From an uncultured Nitrospiraceae bacterium (GTDB lineage Bacteria; Nitrospirota; Thermodesulfovibrionia; Thermodesulfovibrionales; Dissulfurispiraceae): DNA of 64,000 nt. Below, piece after piece: positions 20,467 to 31,608 of the stretch (position 1 is the stretch's first letter; every line of letters starts with the position of its first letter). The stretch spans positions 15,788-79,787 of the forward strand of contig CAVPIW010000019.1 in the NCBI GenBank assembly GCA_963705105.1, in the 5' to 3' direction. A program made the position numbers and the translations under genes. The notes under the pieces are model-generated. The model was not told where the DNA came from, did no database searches, and was given only the letters and a program-made list of their open reading frames with translations.

Positions 20467-21987
20467 GTGACGACACTATATGAGACATTGGATTTGCCGG
20501 CGGTGAGGCCGGCGCCGAGCCGTTTCCGCAACGCCCTCGGCAGATACCGCATCTCCGTGAGCAAGGCCTGCACGAACTGCGGGCTCTGCGTGGAGCTCTG
20601 CCCGTACGGCGTGTACCAGGCGGGCGCGAAAAGACCGAAAGTCGCCGCGGAGCACTTCTGCATCGGCTTTCCCTGCAGCGAAAAGGACTTCCACTGCGTG
20701 CGGAGATGTCCCGAAGGGGCCATCGACCTCCGCCTCAACCCGTCCTTCGAGATCCTCGGGGACAGGCGGTGGCCGGCGGACCTGCTCGCCGCCACCTGGC
20801 ATATGGCCGAGACGGGAGAGATCCCGCACCAGGGACTGAATTACAAAACGGGGGATTCCGGCGGCGGCTTCGACAAGCTCCGGTTCATCTTTCCCCGGGA
20901 GCAGGGGCCCGACATCACCGAAGAGGACATATCGACAGCCATCGAGCTGAACCGCTCGGGAGACTCGAGGCCCGGCATTTCGATCCCCGTTCCCTTCTAT
21001 CTCGGCGGCATGTCCTTCGGCTCCGTCAGCATCGTCACCATGCTCTCCCGCGTCAGGGCGGCGGCGGCCCTCAAGACCTTCTGCTGCACCGGCGAGGGCG
21101 GGTACCCCGAGGAGCTCATCCCCTATGATGACTATATCATCACGCAGGTGGCGACGGGGCTCTTCGGCGTCAGGGAAGAGACGATCAAGCGCGTCCGGAT
21201 CGTGGAGTTTAAATATGCCCAGGGGGCGAAACCGGGCCTCGGCGGACATCTCCTCGGCGACAAGGTGACGCCCCGTGTGGCCCGTATGCGCGAGGCCGTC
21301 GCGGGCAACGCCCTCTTCTCTCCCTTCCCGTTCCACAGCGTTTATTCCGTGGAAGACCACAAGAAGCACGTGGACTGGATCAAGGAGACGAACCCCCGCA
21401 CCCTCGTGTCGGTGAAGGTCTCGACGCCGACGGACGTAGACATGGTGGCCGTGGGGAGTTACTTCGCCGGCGCGCACATCGTCCAGCTCGACGGGAGCTA
21501 CGGGGGCACGGGCGCGGCGCCTGACATCGCCAAGAAGAACATCGCCATGCCCGTTGAGTACGCCATCCCGAAGGTGCACAAGTTCCTCAGCGAAGAGGGC
21601 ATCCGGGACAAGATAACCATAATCGCCAGCGGCGGGATACGGTCCGCCTATGACATGGCGAAGGCCATCGCCCTGGGCGCCGACGGCGTCTGCCTCGGCA
21701 CGGCCGATCTCGTCGCCCTCGAATGCATCCGCTGCCACCACTGCGAATCGGGCAGGGGCTGCGCGCGGGGCATCGCCACGACGGACGAGGAACTGACGCA
21801 CCTCATGGACCTCGAATGGGCAACGCAGCGGATCATCAATATGTACATGAGCTGGCGGCGCCAGCTCGTCGGCATCCTCAGGCGGCTGGGCATGAGGAGC
21901 GTCACCGAGCTCGTGGGCCGCTTCGACGTGATCGGGCACCTCGATTACATCAGTCAGGACGACATCGAGGGGGAACTGGAACTATGA
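20467..21987 (+). CDS. Glutamate synthase FMN/Fe-S subunit (GltB2) with N-terminal ferredoxin
   Basis: GGMSFGS, TGEGG, QVATGLFGV, EFKYAQGAKPGLGGHL, DGSYGGTGAAP, CIRCHHC. Confidence 0.9.
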   Translation: MTTLYETLDLPAVRPAPSRFRNALGRYRISVSKACTNCGLCVELCPYGVYQAGAKRPKVAAEHFCIGFPCSEKDFHCVRRCPEGAIDLRLNPSFEILGDRRWPADLLAATWHMAETGEIPHQGLNYKTGDSGGGFDKLRFIFPREQGPDITEEDISTAIELNRSGDSRPGISIPVPFYLGGMSFGSVSIVTMLSRVRAAAALKTFCCTGEGGYPEELIPYDDYIITQVATGLFGVREETIKRVRIVEFKYAQGAKPGLGGHLLGDKVTPRVARMREAVAGNALFSPFPFHSVYSVEDHKKHVDWIKETNPRTLVSVKVSTPTDVDMVAVGSYFAGAHIVQLDGSYGGTGAAPDIAKKNIAMPVEYAIPKVHKFLSEEGIRDKITIIASGGIRSAYDMAKAIALGADGVCLGTADLVALECIRCHHCESGRGCARGIATTDEELTHLMDLEWATQRIINMYMSWRRQLVGILRRLGMRSVTELVGRFDVIGHLDYISQDDIEGELEL

Positions 21988-22006
21988 CAAACAGCGGGGG
22001 TTCACG

Positions 22007-24658
22007 ATGAAAGGGCAAAGCAGAGCAGACGCGATTATCGCTTCGCGGCATCATTTCCGCGAGGCCGAGAGACTGGTGCACAGATCCGGCATGGAGGTCG
22101 AGGAAGGCGGATGCGGGGTCACGGGGTTCGCGTGCAGCATCCCCGTGAGCGGCCGCCACATCTTCGAGCCCTCCGTGCAGATGCACAACAGGGGAAACGG
22201 CAAGGGAGGCGGTCTTGCGGCCGTCGGGCTCAGGCCTGAGCAGCTCGGGGTAGACAGGGAGACCCTCGACAATGATTTCCTCCTGCAGGTGGCGCTCATC
22301 GATGAGACAGTCCTGCCCGAGATGGAGTCCCGCTTCATCCGCCCTCACTTCCGCGTTGCCCACGAGGCCTTCGTCGAGACCGTCGACGACTACCGCGACA
22401 TCCCCGGACTCGAGGTGAAACCGCCGGCAGTGAAACGCTATTTCGTGCGGGCCACGCCGGAGGCCCTGGACCGGTTCGCAAAGGATCGCGGACTCGAAAG
22501 CCTGCCCGCAGAGAGGCTGGAAGAGGAGTTCATCTACCAGAACAGCTATCAGCTGAACCTCGCCCTCTACAGCTCCCTCGGCGACAAGAGGGCCTTCGTC
22601 CTGTCCCACGGCAGGAACATGATGATCCTGAAGATCGTCGGCTATGCCGAGATGGTCGCCCAGTATTACAAACTCGAGCACTTCGACGCCCACATCTGGA
22701 TCGCCCACCAGCGCTATCCCACCAAGGGCCGCGTGTGGCACCCGGGCGGAGCGCACCCCTTCATCGGCCTCGACGAGGCCCTTGTGCACAACGGCGATTT
22801 TGCGAACTACTATTCCGTCTCGGAATACCTGAAGCAGCGCAACATCTATCCGCTGTTTCTCACAGATACGGAAGTCTCCGTCCAGGTCTTCGACCTCCTG
22901 AACAGGGTCTGCGGGTATCCCCTGGAATACATTATCGAGGCACTCGCGCCGACGGGCGAGATGGATTTCGATCACCTGCCGGTGGAAAAGCAGCGCATCT
23001 ACCGGCAGATCCAGGCGACGCACATCCACGGCTCACCGGACGGTCCCTGGTTCTTCATCATCGCGCGGAACCACCGCCGCAGAAAACAGTTCCAGCTCAT
23101 CGGCATCACCGATACGGCGATGCTCCGGCCCCAGGTCTTCGCCATCCAGAAAGGAGAAGTGGAGATCGGGCTGATCTGTTCCGAGAAACAGGCTATCGAC
23201 GCGACACTGGAGAGCCTCGCAAAGGAAGACCCCCGGTTCGGGACCGTGGCCGACCATTACTGGAATGCCCGGGGGGGCAGCTATACCGACGGCGGCGCCT
23301 TCATCTTCTCTATCGGTGGGTCGGAGCCCGGAAAGATGTCCCTCACCTGCACGGACAAGTTCGGACGGCCCGTCGATGTCCCCACGGACCAGCCCCCTCT
23401 CGACGTCCGTGCGAAACTTCCTGTCGCGGCGACACCCTATGTGGACCACATGGCGGACATCATGCGCGGTCTCTCCGGCAATACGGTCGAGGAGCTCTTC
23501 AACGGCCTCAGGCGTGATATGGAGGAATGGGACTATGCACAGCTCCGTGCCTTCCTCAACCACCTCGTCGGCCTTGCGGACAAGGACAACCTGAAAGGTC
23601 CTGTGATCAGGCTCCTCACGCTTCTCCTGGACCGCCGCTACCCCACCGGCAACAAGAGACGCCGCTCCGTGCTCCAGATGGTCAGCGGCACCCTTGATCC
23701 AATATTCAGGGCAATACCCCTGATCAACGATACGGGGACTGTCTCCTCGTTCCGGAGGATCGGCTTTGAAAGCCGCCATATCCTGAGCGGCCCGAGGGAA
23801 GGAGAACAGGTCCTTGTCGCCGATGCAGGACCTTTCCCGCCCGAAGGGGATGAATCGTTCGCACGCCTGATATCGAACGCCTACGACCTCGGCTGGAAGC
23901 GCTTCATCTGTTTCGGCCATCGCGGTCAGCGCTTCCTCGGCTGCGGTTTCGGACCGGACACGAGGGGAGTGCGCATCGACGCCTATGGCTCCAGCGGCGA
24001 CTACCTCGCCTCCGGCGTCGACGGCATGGAGATCCACGTGCACGGCAATGCCCAGGACCAGCTCGGCCAGATCATGAAGGCAGGGAAACTCGTGGTGCAC
24101 GGCGATGTGGGCCAGACCTTCATGTACGGCGCCAAGGGCGGTGAGGTCTTCGTGCTGGGGAACGCGGCGGGCCGCCCTCTCATCAACGCCGTGGGGAAAC
24201 CGCGCGTCGTCATCAACGGCACGGCCCTGGACTACCTGGCCGAATCGTTCATGGCAGGAGATCCTCACAACGGCGGAGGCTTCGTCATCCTCAACGGGAT
24301 AACCTTCGACAGGGACGGCCGCGTCACGCCCCTTGAAATACCCTATCCCGGGTCGAACCTCTTCTCGCTCGCCTCGGGAGGCGCCATATTCGTCCGCGAT
24401 CCCCGTCACAGCATCGTGCCCGAACAGCTCAACGGCGGGCAGATCCTGCGCTTCACCAGGAAAGACTGGGCTTTGATACTGCCTTATCTGAAGGAGAATG
24501 AGCGACTCTTCGGCATCTCCGTCGATGCGCTGCTGACCGTCGACGGAGTGAAACGCAAACCGGAGGATGTCTACCGCACCATCGCCGCCGTCAAGCTCTC
24601 GGTCCTCTCGGCGAGCACGGCCCTTGCCATGAACGAGGAGTGGGTGGAGGCGGAATAG
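22007..24658 (+). CDS. Glutamate synthase amidotransferase (GltB1) fused to GXGXG beta-helix (GltB3) domain
   Basis: EEGGCGV Ntn cysteine, HQRYPT, HNGDF; C-terminal GSSGDYLASG, HGNAQD and HGDVGQTFMYGAKGG repeats. Confidence 0.9.
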   Translation: MKGQSRADAIIASRHHFREAERLVHRSGMEVEEGGCGVTGFACSIPVSGRHIFEPSVQMHNRGNGKGGGLAAVGLRPEQLGVDRETLDNDFLLQVALIDETVLPEMESRFIRPHFRVAHEAFVETVDDYRDIPGLEVKPPAVKRYFVRATPEALDRFAKDRGLESLPAERLEEEFIYQNSYQLNLALYSSLGDKRAFVLSHGRNMMILKIVGYAEMVAQYYKLEHFDAHIWIAHQRYPTKGRVWHPGGAHPFIGLDEALVHNGDFANYYSVSEYLKQRNIYPLFLTDTEVSVQVFDLLNRVCGYPLEYIIEALAPTGEMDFDHLPVEKQRIYRQIQATHIHGSPDGPWFFIIARNHRRRKQFQLIGITDTAMLRPQVFAIQKGEVEIGLICSEKQAIDATLESLAKEDPRFGTVADHYWNARGGSYTDGGAFIFSIGGSEPGKMSLTCTDKFGRPVDVPTDQPPLDVRAKLPVAATPYVDHMADIMRGLSGNTVEELFNGLRRDMEEWDYAQLRAFLNHLVGLADKDNLKGPVIRLLTLLLDRRYPTGNKRRRSVLQMVSGTLDPIFRAIPLINDTGTVSSFRRIGFESRHILSGPREGEQVLVADAGPFPPEGDESFARLISNAYDLGWKRFICFGHRGQRFLGCGFGPDTRGVRIDAYGSSGDYLASGVDGMEIHVHGNAQDQLGQIMKAGKLVVHGDVGQTFMYGAKGGEVFVLGNAAGRPLINAVGKPRVVINGTALDYLAESFMAGDPHNGGGFVILNGITFDRDGRVTPLEIPYPGSNLFSLASGGAIFVRDPRHSIVPEQLNGGQILRFTRKDWALILPYLKENERLFGISVDALLTVDGVKRKPEDVYRTIAAVKLSVLSASTALAMNEEWVEAE

Positions 24659-24691
24659 CGAGGAACGATTTCCTTTTTCAGGAACAAACGG

Positions 24692-24725
24692 ACGGGGTCG
24701 GTGATTGCACCGGCCCCGTTTTTTT
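24692..24725 (+). terminator. Intrinsic terminator ending the mvhD-metVF-glt operon
   Basis: ACGGGGTCGGTG-ATTG-CACCGGCCCCGT followed by a T run. Confidence 0.85.
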
Positions 24726-24887
24726 CATCGTCGTGTACCACAAAAAAAATCCGGCAGACACGGGGCATAGAAGGATTAAAGGTTCCCTGTTATACCACCT
24801 TGGATCTCCTGAGGGCAGTATAAGCCTGATCGGCCGATTTCCGAGGGGCCGCTTTTCTCTTGTATCCCGATCTAGTATGATAAGAGT

Positions 24888-25445
24888 ATGAATATCGAAA
24901 AACTCATTGCCATAGAGGACCCTGTGAAGCGGAAGGCGATGTTCATGGCCATTTTTTCGAAAGAAGTGGCCGGCCGAGGGGGCGCCCCTCCCATAATCGT
25001 GGGCGGTGAGGCCGTAGAGCTTTACACCCAGGGAAGTTACACCACTGGGGACATAGACATTAAATCCCCTCCGGACGTGACAGAAGCCATTCTGAAGGAA
25101 TGGGGATTCCTCCGGGCCGGCAGGACTTGGCTCAACAAAGAGTTGGACATATACATAGACTGGCTTGGAAGTTCACTGGATGAGGGTGAGGAGGCCGAAA
25201 AGAGGGTCACTACCATAAAAATAGCGGAAGGACTCGAAGTCAAGGTTGTTTCCATGGAAGACCTCATTATCGACAGACTCAGCGCCTTCAGACGGTGGGG
25301 AGACACGGATAGTCTGATGTGGGCAAAGGTTCTTATCAATGTAAAGACGTCCATCGATAGCCTCGATGACAACTATCTCAGAGAGAGGGCAAAGAAAGCA
25401 GACCTCTTGAATCTGCTCGAAGAAATCCTTGCATCGGGTGGCTGA
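24888..25445 (+). CDS. Nucleotidyltransferase-like protein (DUF6036-like)
   Basis: IIVGGEAVELYT...TGDIDI (GG...DxD NTase motif); EDLIIDRL. Confidence 0.7.
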   Translation: MNIEKLIAIEDPVKRKAMFMAIFSKEVAGRGGAPPIIVGGEAVELYTQGSYTTGDIDIKSPPDVTEAILKEWGFLRAGRTWLNKELDIYIDWLGSSLDEGEEAEKRVTTIKIAEGLEVKVVSMEDLIIDRLSAFRRWGDTDSLMWAKVLINVKTSIDSLDDNYLRERAKKADLLNLLEEILASGG

Positions 25446-25448
25446 TAT

Positions 25449-25694
25449 ATGGAAATAGCCTATGACAGATTGAAGAATATTGCATCAGAAGTCAGGGCGG
25501 AACTTGTGTTGAAAGGAACTATCGATGTCTCCGGGGGGAAGATACGAAAGAAACCGAGAAGCAAGGAAAAGACGGAATTGCTTTATACCATTGCCATGGA
25601 AAGAATGGTGAAATATCGACCGCGCAAGGAAGATGACAAGATCATCCTCCCTTATTTTCTGCCGGGCGAAGAAGAGATGCCGACTCAATTGTAA
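25449..25694 (+). CDS. Small basic hypothetical protein, possible partner of the NTase
   Basis: 81 aa; starts 3 bp after the upstream stop. Confidence 0.55.
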   Translation: MEIAYDRLKNIASEVRAELVLKGTIDVSGGKIRKKPRSKEKTELLYTIAMERMVKYRPRKEDDKIILPYFLPGEEEMPTQL

Positions 25695-26106
25695 ACTTCT
25701 CCGACTTTCCGGTCGGGGGTATTCTAAACGTTCAACTTGTGATCTATCTTCTCTTCTCATTTTGTCAAGGTTCAAGGGCTTACCCCTTTTCGTTTCCTAA
25801 ATGCCGAGAATAGAATAGAGCAAGGGCTCTGCATATTTCTGTCACCTCTTCAATTATTCGCCGAACGTTCGCGTTGAGCGGTGCGCCGCTTATCGGCGCG
25901 TCCGTTTTCGAACGCGCGGGCAAGCCTCAGCATCACCAGTTCTGTACTATTCCCCAATCAACCGTCCCGGGATATTATCCTTTCCTTTCGTCGCGACGAC
26001 AACAGGAAAAACTCCGGTATTTACTCTGCCGGTGTCATGCGATGCGCCAAGGTGACATGCTCTGAAATGTGTCATAAGGACCACGAATGTCGGATTTCCA
26101 CTTCCT

Positions 26107-26151
26107 TATGCGTCATATGACATTGACAATATGTCAAATGACGCATATAAT
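26107..26151 (+). promoter_or_regulatory. Consensus sigma70 promoter embedded in an operator palindrome (Xre-RES autoregulation)
   Basis: TTGACA(26123)-N17-TATAAT(26146), overlapped by the inverted repeat TATGCGTCATATGACAT...ATGTCAAATGACGCATA. Confidence 0.85.
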
Positions 26152-26191
26152 AAAATAACAACCTGAATCTTTCTTATAGCGGGGTTATACA

Positions 26192-26698
26192 ATGACAGCT
26201 GCGGCTGAAAAAGAATTGAATCTGGAACAGAAGGCCCTCACGATCCTCGGGATGAGATTTCCGGCGGTTCGCGCGGTGTTCAGGGGCGACCTTGCGCAGA
26301 GCGCCCCCAAAAGCTGGGAGGACATAACCGGTGAGCACCTTGATCTGATGATCAGACGTGGACTCTCTGTGGATGCGCTTGAAAATCTCCGCACCAGCCT
26401 CGGTGTCCCACACGCGACTCTGGAAGAACTGCTCGGAACCAGCAGGAGAACGCTCCAGAGGGCAAGGAAAGAGCACAGACGGCTGTCCCCGGTGGAAAGC
26501 GACCGCGCATACCGCCTTGCCAACGTCTTTGCACTCGCCAGCGCGGTATTCGAAAACGAAGAGGCGGCCAGGGCATGGCTGAAAACTCCGCAAATCGGGC
26601 TGGGCGGCAAAGTGCCCTATGACCTCATCCATACGGAGGTCGGCACGAAGGAGGTCATCGAGCTGCTGAAAAGGATCGAATACGGCGTCCTTGCGTGA
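26192..26698 (+). CDS. Xre/MbcA/ParS-family antitoxin
   Basis: LSPVESDRAYRLA...AWLKTP...LGGKVP...L.RIEYGV. Confidence 0.9.
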   Translation: MTAAAEKELNLEQKALTILGMRFPAVRAVFRGDLAQSAPKSWEDITGEHLDLMIRRGLSVDALENLRTSLGVPHATLEELLGTSRRTLQRARKEHRRLSPVESDRAYRLANVFALASAVFENEEAARAWLKTPQIGLGGKVPYDLIHTEVGTKEVIELLKRIEYGVLA

Positions 26699-27150
26699 TA
26701 CCCGCCTGGCGACTGGTCAAGGAGAAATACGCCCCGGAGGCCCTCAGCGGCTTTGGCGGCCAGATGGTGTCGGGCAGGTGGCATCACGCCGGGGTGCCCA
26801 TCGTGTACGCAGCGGACAGCCTCGCCCTTGCAGCCCTTGAAATATTCGTGCACCTGCCTCCCGGTGCTCACGGCATGAAGTTCGTTGCCGTCAAGATCGA
26901 AATACCCGAAGATCTTGAAATCCATGCCCCAAAGGTCCCGCATAACTGGAGGGACACCCCCTCTACTGATTCAACGAGGACACTCGGAACGACCTGGTTC
27001 CACGGAGCGCATACAGCCGTCATGAAAGTCCCCTCGGTTATTGTCCCTGTGGAGAACAATTACATCCTTAATCCTTCTCACCCGGACTTCAGGAAGTTGA
27101 TAATTCATCCCCCCTTGCAGTTCAGCTTCGATCCCAGGATGTGGAAGTAG
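26695..27150 (+). CDS. RES-family toxin (NAD+ phosphorylase/MbcT-like)
   Basis: WRL...SGFGG...GRW...Y...LAALE...VPSVIVP.E.NYILNP.HPDF...FDPR. Confidence 0.9.
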   Translation: MIPAWRLVKEKYAPEALSGFGGQMVSGRWHHAGVPIVYAADSLALAALEIFVHLPPGAHGMKFVAVKIEIPEDLEIHAPKVPHNWRDTPSTDSTRTLGTTWFHGAHTAVMKVPSVIVPVENNYILNPSHPDFRKLIIHPPLQFSFDPRMWK

Positions 27151-27251
27151 CAAGGGATGCAGGGGTGTCACCCATCAATACGGCCCTGGCACTATGGGCC
27201 TGAACCGCTGTAAATATGATATCATTTTGAAAAGTGGATCGAGAGGTGAAT

Positions 27252-27449
27252 ATGAAAGCTAAATTGAACATGATCTATTGGAAGGGTGATAAATTCTGGG
27301 TGGGCAAATTACTTGAGCATCCGGAAATAATGACACAGGGAGAAACGCTGGAAGAACTCGAAGATAATATGAGGGATGCTTATATAATGATGACAATGGA
27401 GGATGTTCCCGAGAAATATAAGGTCAAGAAACTTGAATTGGCAGTATGA
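27252..27449 (+). CDS. hicB: HicB-family antitoxin
   Basis: PEIMTQGETLEELEDNMRDA. Confidence 0.85.
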   Translation: MKAKLNMIYWKGDKFWVGKLLEHPEIMTQGETLEELEDNMRDAYIMMTMEDVPEKYKVKKLELAV

Positions 27450-27622
27450 AGAGGAAAGACCTTATCAAGAGGTTAACCGATGAAGGATGCCTTCTCGCAC
27501 GACATGGCAGCCGGCATGATCTCTATAAAAATCCGACCACAGGCAAGAAACAACCCATTCCAAGGCACATGGAAATAGACGAGGACCTTGCGAAACACAT
27601 AATAAAAGAACTGACACGATAA
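27446..27622 (+). CDS. hicA: HicA-family toxin (58 aa, below the ORF-track cutoff)
   Basis: Manual translation: MKRKDLIKRLTDEGCLLARHGSRHDLYKNPTTGKKQPIPRHMEIDEDLAKHIIKELTR; ATGA overlap with hicB. Confidence 0.85.
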   Translation: MKRKDLIKRLTDEGCLLARHGSRHDLYKNPTTGKKQPIPRHMEIDEDLAKHIIKELTR

Positions 27623-27682
27623 CAGTACCGGGCCGGGATGTCTCAAGTGTAAAGCACACCTGGAAAAGCTTCGAACCATTCT

Positions 27683-29869
<2,187 letters not shown>

Positions 29870-30030
29870 TTAACAAATATTATAGCGCACACTATGAGTG
29901 ACGCAGCACAGAGGCTTTGAGGCACTTTGTCCCTCCTTTTCAACAGTGCCGGCGAGACCATGCAGTTCTATGAACGGCGGAGCCTTTTCCTGTATACTTT
30001 AAAAAAACCATGGATGGCCGGGGGGGCTCA

Positions 30031-30222
30031 ATGGAGAAAAAAGAACGAAGGTCCGGTGCGGACCGCAGGGCCGGTCAGGATCGCAGAGCGGGTCAGGACC
30101 GGAGAAAACGAAACGACCCGAATTACAAGGGGCCTGAGCGCAGAAGCGGCAAGGACAGGAGATCAGGGGAGGAGCGCAGGAACCTCTTCGGTTTCTACAC
30201 GCCGTCCTCGGCGCCTTCATAA
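30031..30222 (+). CDS. Small (E/D)RR-repeat protein
   Basis: ERRSGADRRAGQDRRAGQDRR...YKGPERRSGKDRRSGEERR. Confidence 0.6.
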   Translation: MEKKERRSGADRRAGQDRRAGQDRRKRNDPNYKGPERRSGKDRRSGEERRNLFGFYTPSSAPS

Positions 30223-30240
30223 GCCGGAGAAAGGAGGATC

Positions 30241-31077
30241 ATGCTGAACTTCAAGGTCAATGAGGAGAGGTGCATCAAGTGCGGCGAGTGCGCCGAGGAC
30301 TGCGTGGCGGACATCATCGCCTTCGACGGCGAATATCCCTCCATCAAGCCCGGCAGGGAGGGCGACTGCATCCGCTGCCAGCATTGCTTTGCCGTCTGCA
30401 GCGAAGGGGCCGTCAGCATTTTCGGGCTCGATCCTGACAATGCCGTCAGCCTCGAAGGCAATCTGCCCGACGGGGAGAAGATTGCGACTCTCATCAAAGG
30501 GAGACGGTCCGTGCGGCGTTACAAGAAGGAGCCCCTTGACTGGGCGACGATACAGGAGTTGCTCGAAGTCGTTGCACACGCACCGACGGGGATCAACAAC
30601 CGGCAGAATCTCTTTACCGTCGTCGACGATCCTCTTGTCATGGAGAAGATCCGCCAGGAGACGATGGCCGGCGTCAAAAAGGCCGTCACGCAGGGCGCCC
30701 TTCAGAAGGGCCTTGAATTTTATACCGGCATCGTTGATGCCTGGGATGCCGGCAAGGACGTGATATTCCGCGGGGCGCCCCATATGCTTGCCGTCTCGAC
30801 GCCGAAAAGCGGGCCGTCACCGGAGCCCGACACGCTCATCGCTCTCTCGTACTTCGAGCTGCTCGCACAGGCCAAAGGGATCGGCACGCTCTGGAACGGC
30901 CTTCTGAAATGGGCCATTACCGCCATCGTCCCCGAAATGCGGGCAAGGATCGGCATCCCCGAGGACCATCACCTCGGATACACAATGGTCTTCGGTAAAC
31001 CCGATGTCCTGTACTACCGGACAGTGCAGAAGAGCCCGGACCGTGTACGCAGGGTTACCTTGCAGGCGCCTAACTGA
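30241..31077 (+). CDS. Nitroreductase family protein with N-terminal 4Fe-4S domain
   Basis: CIKCGECAEDC, CIRCQHCFAVC; RRSVRRY; APTGIN. Confidence 0.9.
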   Translation: MLNFKVNEERCIKCGECAEDCVADIIAFDGEYPSIKPGREGDCIRCQHCFAVCSEGAVSIFGLDPDNAVSLEGNLPDGEKIATLIKGRRSVRRYKKEPLDWATIQELLEVVAHAPTGINNRQNLFTVVDDPLVMEKIRQETMAGVKKAVTQGALQKGLEFYTGIVDAWDAGKDVIFRGAPHMLAVSTPKSGPSPEPDTLIALSYFELLAQAKGIGTLWNGLLKWAITAIVPEMRARIGIPEDHHLGYTMVFGKPDVLYYRTVQKSPDRVRRVTLQAPN

Positions 31078-31235
31078 AAATTCTGCAGGAAGAGCCCATC
31101 CAAGGTGCTCTATCTTAACCGGATAGAGATGATATTCATGATATAATGACATTTATCACCCCTATCCAAAATATCTTACAGACAGACCTTGAAAGCGAGG
31201 ATTGGGTGTGGTTTCTGAAGCAAAATTCACGGTTG

Positions 31236-31441
31236 CCTTGCACGAAAAGACGGTGCAAAACGCCTCAAAGCCTCGCTGATAGCGAGCATGATTGTTTATT
31301 ATTGGTGTATCAGGAATTCATTCGACCTGTCATCGATCGTTGGTCTGCAATGGTCTGTACGGGAAGGCAGAGGTTTCGCAGCACCGATGCTTTTCGGCGC
31401 ATTCGCCCCGTCTTTCCGGAGATCTCATTGCGGTGATAAGG
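31236..31441 (-). repeat. MITE-like repeat, family B, inverted diverged copy
   Basis: Reverse complement reads CCTTATCACCGCA...GGAAAGACGGGGCGAATGCGCCGAAAAG...GGCTTTGAGGCG...TGCAAGG. Confidence 0.75.
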
Positions 31442-31608
31442 GTTTATTTTGCGAAGAAGGCATGCCTAATCCTCGTGTCGCGTTATTTTGGACACCAATG
31501 GACATTTATATAATAAAAGATTGCGCTATTTCTCGGTCAAATTGCCTGATATCTTTACTCGAGTCCGACCCTGACTGACTCAAACACCTTGTGAGGAAAG
31601 GAGGGGGT

